64,000 nucleotides of DNA from Terriglobia bacterium (GTDB lineage Bacteria > Acidobacteriota > Terriglobia > Terriglobales > Acidobacteriaceae). The notes under the pieces were generated by a model that saw nothing but the letters and a program-made list of their open reading frames with translations, was not told the DNA's origin and did no database searches. Below are positions 1-8,064 of the stretch, piece by piece (positions within the stretch are counted from its first letter, which is position 1; the number at the start of each line of letters is the position of its first letter). The DNA is taken from the NCBI GenBank assembly GCA_020073525.1, contig JAIQFA010000030.1, positions 4,496 through 68,495 on the forward strand. Direction: 5' to 3'. A program made the translations under genes and the position numbers.

Positions 1-35
1 CGAGTAGAGTCCGAAGCAATTGGAGCGAGCCGACG

Positions 36-893
36 GTGAAGACAAAATGGGGAGCCACCATTCCGACGACGCCCCGAGCAGATGAAGGCAAGATTGTCGA
101 TTGCTACGCGCACGTGAGTCGCCGCAAGTATCAGCCGGTCGAACGGTTGGTCGAAGAGATGGACCGAGCAGGCATCGACGCGGCCGTGTTGGTACAGCCA
201 CTCGACGACCTCGACAACGGACATCTGTTCGAAGCATTGACGCTATACGCCGGTCGATTCAAGGCGGTCGGAATGGTGGATACCCACTCCGCCGACGGGC
301 CGCGCCGGATCTCGGAGCTTGTAGAGCGCGGCGGGCTGTCTGGTATCCGAGCAACCGCGGGTTTTCTAGCAGAGTGGGGCAGCGTGGGGGCGTTGGCCGA
401 TGCGAACGGGGTCCTGCTGACTCACTTACCTCAGGGCATTAGCCCCCACCTAAAGAAACTCGTGTCCATCGCCGAGCGCTTTCCCAGCTTACGGATTTTT
501 GTTCCACACCTGGGTTGGCCGGAAGTCAACCGAGCCCCTGCGCTGCGGTGGAAGGAAACACTCTCTACGCTCTCATCGTACCCTCAGATTTCAGTTGGCA
601 TCTCCGGTCTGCACTACTACTCGGAGACGCCACCACCTCATGAAGATACGTGGTCGTTGATTGACTCCGTTCTCAAACAGTTCGGGCCGGAGCGATGCAT
701 GTGCGGCTCTGATTTTCCACTTCTGCTCGAGACTGATCGATACCAGGACTACTTTGCACCGCTCTGCAGCCAAGCCTTCGGAATGGATCTGAGTGCTCGC
801 AATATGGTGCTCGGTGGCGCCGCCATCAAGTTCTGGGGGTTCGGTCGGAAGCGTGGCCCGGAGGAATCGTACTCGGCAAGTGTTGAAACGTAG
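36..893 (+). CDS. Amidohydrolase-2 family metal-dependent hydrolase (TIM barrel)
   Basis: 285-aa ORF, GTG at 36 with GGAG at 22-25. KIVDCYAHV near the N-terminus and MCGSDFPLL near the C-terminus resemble PF04909-type amidohydrolases. The frame stays open to the window edge, so the true start may lie upstream. Confidence 0.6.
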   Translation: MKTKWGATIPTTPRADEGKIVDCYAHVSRRKYQPVERLVEEMDRAGIDAAVLVQPLDDLDNGHLFEALTLYAGRFKAVGMVDTHSADGPRRISELVERGGLSGIRATAGFLAEWGSVGALADANGVLLTHLPQGISPHLKKLVSIAERFPSLRIFVPHLGWPEVNRAPALRWKETLSTLSSYPQISVGISGLHYYSETPPPHEDTWSLIDSVLKQFGPERCMCGSDFPLLLETDRYQDYFAPLCSQAFGMDLSARNMVLGGAAIKFWGFGRKRGPEESYSASVET

Positions 894-1000
894 ACTTTTC
901 TCGGACTCTGGACCATGTCTTGAGCGAAAAGCAGACTCCCCAAGTTATTGTTTTCATTAGAAGTCGCCAGAACGAGGAGAGTGTTTAGAGCGGGCGTGTG

Positions 1001-1042
1001 TGCGCCCAAGGCAGGTGCGCTACCAGGCTGCGCTACGCCCCG
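1001..1042 (-). pseudogene. Orphan 5' half of a tRNA-Pro(UGG) gene
   Basis: Reverse complement of 1042->1001 reads CGGGGCG-TA-GCGC-AGCCTGGTA-GCGC-A-CCTGC-CTTGGGC: acceptor 5' strand, full D-arm, 5' anticodon stem, and a loop with anticodon TGG. The matching 3' anticodon-stem strand, T-arm and 3' acceptor strand are absent downstream. Confidence 0.45.
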
Positions 1043-1301
1043 ACTCTATTGCTCCACTGATTCTAAATCACTTCCGCGAACGGCACCACGGCGGGCTCTC
1101 TCGCTAGGCCCCGCTCTTGGTGCAAACTGTACCAAAACTGGGCCAAAACCCCATCAGTTTACCCTCGCTGTGTAAAAACTGATGTGCTGCTCGTTTATCT
1201 GCCGATTCAGCTGGAATAAAGCCTCATGCTTCATCCGCAGCTTCATTGGAGAATACTTCTTGAAGACCTAACCTGGTGGTTCACCCCGGCCGGCTCAATA
1301 G

Positions 1302-2675
1302 TTATGTCCTCGTAGGAAACGCGGATTCTTTCAGGGGCAGCTGAATCTCCATCTCTAGTCCACCACCATCCCGGTTCTGCGCTGTGATTTTGCCTCCATG
1401 TAGAAGTGCTACACGTTGCGCGATTGCCAGGCCAAGGCCATAACCTCCTGTTCCTAGATCGCGCGACTCGGAAACACGATAGAAGGGCTCAAATAGCCGA
1501 GACAAGGATTCAGGTGGAACGCCGTTGCCGTGGTCGGCAACCAGGAGTCGGGCCGAGACCGCGCCCACCCGATCTACCCTGGTCAGAGCAATGATGACTC
1601 CAGTCTGCGGCCTGGTATAGCGGACCGCGTTCCGCACCAGGTTTTCGACGCAACTTCTCAATAGGGCTGGGTCCCCGGTCAGCCAGCAGTCGTCAGCTTG
1701 CGCGACGACAACAGACTTTCCTTCTTTCTTGCCCTCGAAACTTGCATCTTCCGCCACGCCCTCAACAATGGAGCGCAGGTTCACAGTGGTGACAATCTTC
1801 TGACCCTCGTGCACCTGGAGGCGAGTCAACGTGAGGATCTGTCCAATCAAGATGTCCAGACGACTGAGATCGGTTTGCATGCGTTCGACAGCGTCCATCT
1901 CCCCGTGGCGCAAGAGTTCAAGGGAAACATTCAAGCGAGTAAGTGGCGAACGCAGTTCATGCGAAATATCTCCCAGAAGCTCCTGTTGTTTCTGCAAGAG
2001 CGCCTGGATACGCTCGGCCATCCGGTCGAAGTCCCGCGCGAGATCGGCAAGTTCATCATTTCTGGGAGCAATCGCCGGCAGGGCGCGGACGGAGAGATCT
2101 CCGTCTGCGATACGTTTTGCAGCAATCTGAAGCGCGCGAATGGGAGCGGCAATGTGGCGGGCGAGAATGGCACAGAGCAATCCTGTCGACAGTAAGGCAA
2201 CACAGAGCTTCAACCCAAATCCTCCGAAAGGAGTGGAATTTCCAAATAACCTCCACGGGCGCACTTGCGCGACGAGCACAAAACTGCCTTGAGGAGTTGA
2301 GACCCGCGTTGCCCCGCGCCAAGGAATGCCCGCGACCAATTGAGTTTTCTCCGACTCCTGGACTGCGCGAAGAACGTCTGCGGTTTCCGGCGGCAGCCCT
2401 TTTCCGAGAATGTCCTGGCCCTGTGGGTCGAGCAGAGCCGCGCGGATTCCTTGGGAACTCTCGACTTCGCTCATATATCGCTCGAGAGCTGGTTTGCCGC
2501 CCTGCAAATAGATATCAACCGCGCCGCGCGCATACGTCCCGATGGCCAACGACATCCAGCGCTGCCCGATTGGTTGGGAACCGCTCAGGATGCTGACGAG
2601 CATTACGGTTGCTGTCGCACCGATTGCAGCGACCCAGAACCAGAGAAAAATCTTCGTGTAAATGCTGCGGATCAC
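1302..2675 (-). CDS. Sensor histidine kinase (2 TM, HAMP, HisKA, HATPase_c), CpxA/RstB-like
   Basis: 457 aa. N-terminal TM, periplasmic segment, second TM, H-box SHELRSPLT, and C-terminal G-boxes (DHGNGVP, GGYGLGLAIA). 4-nt stop/start overlap with the upstream response regulator. Confidence 0.85.
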   Translation of the reverse strand: MIRSIYTKIFLWFWVAAIGATATVMLVSILSGSQPIGQRWMSLAIGTYARGAVDIYLQGGKPALERYMSEVESSQGIRAALLDPQGQDILGKGLPPETADVLRAVQESEKTQLVAGIPWRGATRVSTPQGSFVLVAQVRPWRLFGNSTPFGGFGLKLCVALLSTGLLCAILARHIAAPIRALQIAAKRIADGDLSVRALPAIAPRNDELADLARDFDRMAERIQALLQKQQELLGDISHELRSPLTRLNVSLELLRHGEMDAVERMQTDLSRLDILIGQILTLTRLQVHEGQKIVTTVNLRSIVEGVAEDASFEGKKEGKSVVVAQADDCWLTGDPALLRSCVENLVRNAVRYTRPQTGVIIALTRVDRVGAVSARLLVADHGNGVPPESLSRLFEPFYRVSESRDLGTGGYGLGLAIAQRVALLHGGKITAQNRDGGGLEMEIQLPLKESAFPTRT

Positions 2676-3373
2676 CGAGCACCCCAGTCGATCTCGCCGG
2701 TATAGGCATATCCCGTACCGCGCACGTTCCGGATGCGTTCTACTTCACCGACCTGGTTGCCCAGTTTCTTCCGGAGGTTACTGATGTGATTGTCGATGCT
2801 GCGATCCAGCATGCCCACCGGCCGTCCGAGCGCCACCTCCGCGATTTCATCGCGAGACAGGACCTTGCCTGCCGAACGGACGAGGAGAAGAAGAACATCG
2901 AACTCCGCGCCGGTGAGATCAACGTCCTCGCCACCGCGCAGCACTCTGCGGCTGTTTTGGTGGATCTCAAGGTCTCCGATCCGGAAGATTTCGGGCGATG
3001 CAGACTCTGTTCTACGCCGGAGAACGGCACGCATACGGGCTACCAGTTCTCGCGTATTGAACGGTTTGGGAAGGTAGTCATCCGCGCCGGCTTCGAGTCC
3101 CGCGATGCGGTCTGCTTCATCGCCGCGCGCGGTCAGCATGATGACCGGGACACGGGAACACACGCGAATCCGGCGGAGGACCTTGCGGCCATCTCCTCCG
3201 GGCAGCATCACGTCTAAAATGACGAGTTCGTACTCTTCCTTTAGTGCTTGCCGGACACCCGAATCGGCGTCATGGACGGCCGTGACCTCGAAGCCGTCCA
3301 TCGCCAGCAGACGTTTCAACGCTGAACACAACTCGACGTCGTCATCCACGAGCAACACGGGAACAAGTTGCAT
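2672..3373 (-). CDS. OmpR/PhoB-family response regulator (receiver + winged helix)
   Basis: The ORF track gives 2672..3469; homology starts at MQLVPVLLVDDD (ATG 3373). Receiver Asp in ILDVMLPG; C-terminal Trans_reg_C-like RGTGYAY. Confidence 0.85.
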   Translation of the reverse strand: MQLVPVLLVDDDVELCSALKRLLAMDGFEVTAVHDADSGVRQALKEEYELVILDVMLPGGDGRKVLRRIRVCSRVPVIMLTARGDEADRIAGLEAGADDYLPKPFNTRELVARMRAVLRRRTESASPEIFRIGDLEIHQNSRRVLRGGEDVDLTGAEFDVLLLLVRSAGKVLSRDEIAEVALGRPVGMLDRSIDNHISNLRKKLGNQVGEVERIRNVRGTGYAYTGEIDWGAR

Positions 3374-3559
3374 ACCTTCCTCGTCGCTCTCCTGGCAAGC
3401 AACACAGGCGTCCTGATGGAGCCGCGATGTTTGGGCAAGCGGAGCGTCGCGCAATAGCTTATCCGACACTCAAGCCTCCTGCGAAATGTAAGTCGCTAGG
3501 ACCACACGTTATTTCCATCGAAGTTGAGAGACTGCGACCCATCGCCACGGGATCTGCGG

Positions 3560-4018
3560 CTACAACTGGTCCCCGAGATTTGCGATCCGGTCCTGCACGG
3601 CGGAGCGTAACTCGGCAGCTAACTGATTGAACTTCCGCTGTTGCTCCGGCGTCAGCATCGCGAGAATCTGGGCGCGGACCTGCTCTCTTTCGACGATTCC
3701 TTCGGCCATAGTTCCGGCTTCTTGTTGGGCAATGGAGCGCACGAACGCTTCGTCAAGAGATCCACGGGCTCGCAACTGCGCATTTTGCTCTTCAGATTTC
3801 TGCATGATCGCAACAATCGCTGGCCGTTCCCTTTGCAGAATCGCTTTGATCTGTGCTCTCTGATCGGTGGTCAGGTTCAGGTCGTTCACGATATGCTGCA
3901 CGAATAAACCGGCGCGTCTCTTCTGCAACCACCCGCTCCGTTGTTGCGCGATGGCTGGTGCCAATGCTGCGAGCGCGAGTGCGCCCGCCAATGCGGCGAT
4001 AACCAAACTGTTCTTCAT
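3560..4018 (-). CDS. Periplasmic CpxP/Spy-like LTXXQ-motif protein
   Basis: Internal start MKNSLVIAALAGALALAALAPAIAQ (signal peptide; ATG at 4018). Two LTXXQ motifs (LTTDQ, LTPEQ) in a helical ~150-aa protein. Same strand as and directly upstream of the RR-HK pair. Confidence 0.7.
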   Translation of the reverse strand: MKNSLVIAALAGALALAALAPAIAQQRSGWLQKRRAGLFVQHIVNDLNLTTDQRAQIKAILQRERPAIVAIMQKSEEQNAQLRARGSLDEAFVRSIAQQEAGTMAEGIVEREQVRAQILAMLTPEQQRKFNQLAAELRSAVQDRIANLGDQL

Positions 4019-4168
4019 GATGTTCCTCCCAATGTGCGTTTTTCGTTCAACTTCACAACTCACTACATTGGAAATAACACGGAGCGAGGGTCCGAAGTGT
4101 ATGGAAGTGTCAGGGTTACCTTCGTCACCCCCGTTTGAATGTTGCAAGCGGGCAGACTTGGCCCTCCG

Positions 4169-4209
4169 GACACTTCCTTACACTTCATTGCACAACTCTC
4201 TGCTAACAA
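4169..4209 (+). promoter_or_regulatory. Candidate response-regulator box plus -10 upstream of the repeat-protein gene
   Basis: GACACTTCCTTACACTTC: direct repeat ACACTTC-N3-ACACTTC with 10-bp phasing (4170-4176, 4180-4186). Then 17 nt, then TAACAA (4204-4209). The first 13 nt are identical to 5057-5069. Confidence 0.4.
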
Positions 4210-4273
4210 TGTGTTTGTAGCTAGCGAGCGGCCGAGCCGCCCAATCGAATAAGAACTGCGAAGGAGCGATTTT

Positions 4274-4837
4274 ATGAAAACACGCACATGGATCCTGCCG
4301 GCAGTGGTTCTGCTGGTCTCGTATAGCACAGCAGTCGCGCAAATCACGTCTACCAAGACGGTCACGGGACCGGATGGTCAGACTGCCACGAAGACAACCA
4401 CTCGTGATGGCGGCAATGTCAACACCACGGTGACGGGTCCCAACGGAAACACCGCTACTCGCACCGTGACCGGAAGAGGTACGGGGGATGTGAACGCTAC
4501 CGTAACTGGACCAAACGGCAATAGCGTCACGCGTTCGACTACACGCGGCAGTGGAAACGTGAGTTCTACCATCACTGGCCCGAACGGGAATACCGCAACA
4601 CGCACGGTGACCGGCCGGGGTACTGGGAATGTGAACGCCACTGTGACCGGGCCGAACGGCAATAGCGTCACACGTTCCACCACGCGTGGTGGCGGGAACG
4701 TGAACTCCACCGTCACGGGTCCCAATGGGAATACCGCCACCCGCAGCGTGACTGGGCGTGGCACGGGCAATGTCACCGCGACGCGCACCGGTCCTCGGGG
4801 TGGAACTGTTACCAGAACGCGTACCCGCAACCGCTAA
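4274..4837 (+). CDS. Secreted Thr/Gly/Asn-rich tandem-repeat protein, unknown function
   Basis: 187 aa, GGAG RBS, signal peptide MKTRTWILPAVVLLVSYSTAVAQ. About 6.5 copies follow, alternating a 24-aa unit (TVTGPNGNTATRTVTGRGTGNVNA) and a 23-aa unit (TVTGPNGNSVTRSTTRGGGNVNS). Confidence 0.7.
   Translation: MKTRTWILPAVVLLVSYSTAVAQITSTKTVTGPDGQTATKTTTRDGGNVNTTVTGPNGNTATRTVTGRGTGDVNATVTGPNGNSVTRSTTRGSGNVSSTITGPNGNTATRTVTGRGTGNVNATVTGPNGNSVTRSTTRGGGNVNSTVTGPNGNTATRSVTGRGTGNVTATRTGPRGGTVTRTRTRNR
4358..4834 (+). repeat. In-frame tandem repeat, 141-nt super-period (24+23 codons)
   Basis: Units start at aa 29, 52, 76, 99, 123, 146 and 170. Units 4427-4567 and 4568-4708 encode near-identical peptides but differ at many synonymous sites (e.g. 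ggt ccc aac gga aac vs ggc ccg aac ggg aat). Confidence 0.85.
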
Positions 4838-5056
4838 TTGGCGTTCTCGTTTCCGGAATTGCCGCTTGCGATGAATTCGGCGCCGGTTCGAATGCAACCG
4901 TGGACTGGCGCCTTGTTCACGCCGAACCGTTTTAGCGGGCGTCCGGTGCTCGCATTCTTGTGGAGATGTCGGGAAGGAGGTCGAGCTATCACTCCCGGCA
5001 TTTCCCTGACACTCTGCCTCTACGCAATCGCGAGACGTCGCCTTGCGCCAGGAATC

Positions 5057-5097
5057 GACACTTCCTTACGTTTCTTTTTGCCGGGTGGTGTTAGAAA
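5057..5097 (+). promoter_or_regulatory. Second copy of the candidate response-regulator box plus -10
   Basis: GACACTTCCTTACGTTTC (half-sites ACACTTC and ACGTTTC, 10-bp phasing). Then 17 nt, then TG-n-TAGAAA (5092-5097). Same geometry as 4169-4209; lies ~50 nt upstream of the second LTXXQ-like gene. Confidence 0.4.
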
Positions 5098-5147
5098 AAT
5101 CGAAGGACCCAATCAATTACCGATAGACCGAGGAGGTCGCAAGAACT

Positions 5148-5603
5148 ATGAAGTACGTTTCCAGAATATTGATCGCTGCAAACCCGCTTGTGACAAAGTT
5201 ATGTCTTGTACTTGCTCTTACCCTGACTCTCGTCGCGGGATTTACTTGGATGGCATCTTCCGCGGCGGCCCAGGACCAGGAATCATCCGCCAACGCAACG
5301 AAGATGCCTTCTCCTGACGAGGTGGTTCACTTGCTCGGAACCAAGCTGAATCTGTCGGACAATCAAAAGGCTCGGATCAAACCAATCATCGAGGAGCGGC
5401 GGCAAAAGCTACAGACGCTTAGGTCCGATACGTCCATGAGGCAGTTCCAGAAGAAGCGGAAGATGAAGAGCATCTTGGACGACAGCGACAAAAAGATCAA
5501 GGCGATCCTCAACGATGATCAAAGGAAGCAATACGCTCAAGTCGAGCAGCAAATGCGCGAGCAGATGAAAGAACGCAGGCAGAATCGGGGAAGCTCCAAT
5601 TAA
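5148..5603 (+). CDS. Second LTXXQ-like (CpxP/Spy-family) periplasmic protein
   Basis: 151 aa. N-terminal hydrophobic signal/anchor, helical Lys/Gln/Arg-rich body with LSDNQ and LNDDQ motifs. RBS GAGGAGG upstream. Confidence 0.6.
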   Translation: MKYVSRILIAANPLVTKLCLVLALTLTLVAGFTWMASSAAAQDQESSANATKMPSPDEVVHLLGTKLNLSDNQKARIKPIIEERRQKLQTLRSDTSMRQFQKKRKMKSILDDSDKKIKAILNDDQRKQYAQVEQQMREQMKERRQNRGSSN

Positions 5604-5837
5604 CGACACCATGATTCTTGCTCAAGGCTGTCGTCTTTTGCGCTGGCCACGGCCATGTTGAAGAGTGGATTTACGACAATTGTGATGGGCCATCGGGAGA
5701 GTGGACTCGAAGCCTTCCGGGCCGATATGCGCACGCATGGGTTTATGCTCGGGAGGTAGGGACTCGGTCGAAAGGCTCCCAAAAGGTGGGCTGCCCTTGC
5801 ATGCCACCCTAGGGCTATAATTTCCCCTTTGGAAGTC

Positions 5838-6386
5838 ATGCCCAGTTCACGGTACGCCCTAGTCACCTACGTACGGAATCCGGTTGGCGAGTTTGTGGAA
5901 CAACTGCGCCGGGAACTCCACCCCACCACGGCCCACATGGAGGCCCATCTCACCATTCTTCCTCCGCGGGAGTTGTCGGGAACGGAAGCGGCCGCGCTGG
6001 AGTTTCTGGAAGAGGCCTGTAGCCGCGTAATCCCGTTCGACGTCGAACTTGGAGATGTGGAGACCTTTCTGCCCACGACTCCGACGGTGTTCATCCAAGT
6101 GCGGCGCGCGGCTTACCGGATGCGAGAGCTGCACGATCAGCTCTGTGGCCGCGGGCTGAGCTGCGACGAAAATTGGCCCTACATTCCGCACCTCACGATT
6201 ATGAAGACGGAAATGGATGAGCAGGCGCGCGCGGCGTACGCGGTGGCGCGGGAACGCTGGGCGACGTTTCCGGGCAAGCGCCAAGTCCACGTCGAGGAGT
6301 TGATGTTCGTCCGCGAGAAGGACGGCACTTGGCAGGATGTCGCTGCGGTGGCCTTGGGACGCGGCCAACTGTCTTCAAAGTCATAG
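5838..6386 (+). CDS. 2H phosphoesterase superfamily protein (LigT/ThpR-like)
   Basis: Two H-x-T-x motifs (HLTIL, HLTIM) at the spacing typical of 2'-5' RNA ligase / cyclic phosphodiesterase folds. ATG 5838 preceded by GGAAG (the track start at 5829 is TTG). Confidence 0.7.
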   Translation: MPSSRYALVTYVRNPVGEFVEQLRRELHPTTAHMEAHLTILPPRELSGTEAAALEFLEEACSRVIPFDVELGDVETFLPTTPTVFIQVRRAAYRMRELHDQLCGRGLSCDENWPYIPHLTIMKTEMDEQARAAYAVARERWATFPGKRQVHVEELMFVREKDGTWQDVAAVALGRGQLSSKS

Positions 6387-6404
6387 ATGGGTCAACGCGC
6401 CCGG

Positions 6405-6480
6405 TCTTAGGTGTCAGGTCTCAGGAAAGCGTGCTGTTTTCCCAAGGCAGGGCTTTTCCTGAGACCTGACACCTAAGACC
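6405..6480. repeat. Perfect 25-bp inverted repeat (long hairpin) built from heptad words AGGTGTC/AGGTCTC
   Basis: 6405-6429 gtcttaggtgtcaggtctcaggaaa is the exact reverse complement of 6456-6480; 26-nt loop. The 22-nt string cctgagacctgacacctaagac recurs identically at 42049-42070. Confidence 0.9.
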
Positions 6481-6680
6481 TGAAACCTGACACCAGCCCC
6501 GCTCCAACATTCCCCCCGAAAACCAGCAACCAACGGGCAGTTTCGGCTGACCGGCGGTACATGTACTTTCCACCCGTTGCCAAGCCCAATGGTCGGATTA
6601 CCATAGATTTAACGGGCTGCAAACCGAGCGCCGGATCCCAGGCTGCGGGTTTGATCGCAAGTTCGATCACAAGAGAGAAT

Positions 6681-7949
6681 ATGCAAATTGGGGTTTATGG
6701 ATCCGGCTACCTCGCAACAGTCATCTCCGCCTGCCTCGCAGATTTCGGCACGCCCGTCTCCTGTTGTCATGCGGACAGCACGCGCATCATGGAAGTTGCC
6801 AAGGGCAACATTCCCTTTTTCGAAAAAAATCTTCAGGAAGTAATCCGTCGCAATGTGCGTTCCGGACGGCTCGTGTATTCGGCGAATCCGGAGGAATTAG
6901 CACATCGGGCCCAGGTGATTTTCCTTGCCGAAGATTCCCCGCAGGGACTGGAGGAGTTGGTCGTTCGCTTGGCGGCCGCAGCGGGACGCTTCCAGGTCCT
7001 GTCCATCGTCACGCCGGTCCGCGTAGGGTCGACTTCAAAGATTGAAAAGACGCTCAAAGAGAAAGGGCTGAAAAGCCTGCTGGTGTGCCAGCCGATGTTT
7101 TTCACCAACGGATGCGCGGTGGAAGACTTCAACTGGCCCGACCGGATCATTCTTGGAACGCCTTCGAGCGAAGCCGTTTCCTCCCTGAAACAGATTTTTC
7201 ATCCGCTGGTGATGCGCGGGGTTCCGGTGCTGGTCACGAATTATGAGACTGCGGAACTGGCGCGCGAAGCGACCACAGCGTTCGTAGCGACCAAGATTTC
7301 GTTCATCAACGAGATTGCCAGCCTGTGTGAGCACGTGAACGCCGACGCCGTCAGCCTGTCCCTTGCCTTGGGGCTGGACAAGAAAATTGCGCCCCGCTGC
7401 CTGCAACCGGGCGCTGGCATGGGTGGAATTTTCGCCGAGACGGACATGGAGTCCCTGACGGGGCTGGCGCGCGAGAATCGTGTCGACCTGAAAGTACTCA
7501 ATGCCGCCCGCGAGGTGAATCTGAACCTGGCGGACCGCCTGATGCAGAAAGTTGCCAAGGCGCTCGAGACCGTGCAGAACAAGGATGTCGGCATTCTCGG
7601 GCTGGCATTCAAGCCGAACACCAACTCCGTGGCGGGATCGGCTTCCGTTCAACTGGCGCAGAACCTGCTGGCTGGTGGAGCGCGCGTGCGGGCTTACGAT
7701 CCAGTGGCGATTCCCGATGCGCGGCTGCAACTCAACGGCACGGTGAAGTACTGCGAATCGGCCTATGGGGTCGCTGAGGGCGTGGATGCCTTGGTCGTAG
7801 CCACCGGCTGGCCGGAGTTCCGGACGCTGGACTTCGCCAAGATCCGCCACCTGGTCAAACGGCCGATCATCATCGATACCAAGAATCTGCTCGACTCGTC
7901 GCGCCTGCGAGCCATGGGATTCCAGTACATGGGCGTGGGCAGACCGTAG
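6681..7949 (+). CDS. UDP-glucose/GDP-mannose dehydrogenase family protein
   Basis: Homology starts at MQIGVYGSGYLATV (Rossmann G-x-G-x-x-A/G; ATG 6681 after AGAGAG). Central and C-terminal UDPG_MGDP_dh-like regions (LGLAFKPNTNS...). The track start at 6561 looks like an N-terminal over-extension. Confidence 0.85.
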   Translation: MQIGVYGSGYLATVISACLADFGTPVSCCHADSTRIMEVAKGNIPFFEKNLQEVIRRNVRSGRLVYSANPEELAHRAQVIFLAEDSPQGLEELVVRLAAAAGRFQVLSIVTPVRVGSTSKIEKTLKEKGLKSLLVCQPMFFTNGCAVEDFNWPDRIILGTPSSEAVSSLKQIFHPLVMRGVPVLVTNYETAELAREATTAFVATKISFINEIASLCEHVNADAVSLSLALGLDKKIAPRCLQPGAGMGGIFAETDMESLTGLARENRVDLKVLNAAREVNLNLADRLMQKVAKALETVQNKDVGILGLAFKPNTNSVAGSASVQLAQNLLAGGARVRAYDPVAIPDARLQLNGTVKYCESAYGVAEGVDALVVATGWPEFRTLDFAKIRHLVKRPIIIDTKNLLDSSRLRAMGFQYMGVGRP

Positions 7950-8064
7950 TCGTTCCACTTGCGATCGACATGCGCGTTCGTGAGCCCCATTTAAACGGGT
8001 ACTTCTTGAGCGCGCGCTTCGGAGTGACTGCTCTCCACCCGTCCTTCGATCGTCGTAGCAAGGT

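Noticed and set aside
948-1175. 75-aa ORF between the amidohydrolase gene and the kinase gene
   Set aside because: It overlaps the tRNA-Pro fragment on the opposite strand. The product is Ala/Arg/Pro-rich and there is no RBS.
2672-3469. N-terminal 32-aa extension of the response regulator, and similar extensions of the CpxP-like, formamidase, DUF72, ClC, XRE, SBBP, ccmB, ccmC and UDP-sugar dehydrogenase ORFs
   Set aside because: The extensions precede the point where family homology or a signal peptide begins, and they often run into promoter or repeat sequence. Internal starts were used instead. ccmC remains ambiguous, because the GTG at 42989 overlaps the ccmB stop.
4178-4897. 239-aa and 150-aa minus-strand ORFs over the repeat-protein gene
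   Set aside because: These are antisense artefacts of the tandem repeat, so they are periodic themselves. The plus-strand gene has an RBS, a signal peptide and synonymous-site divergence between units.
6558-6567. 10-bp palindrome GTACATGTAC upstream of the UDP-sugar dehydrogenase gene as an operator
   Set aside because: It is a single occurrence with no second copy, no adjacent promoter elements identified, and no nearby regulator gene.
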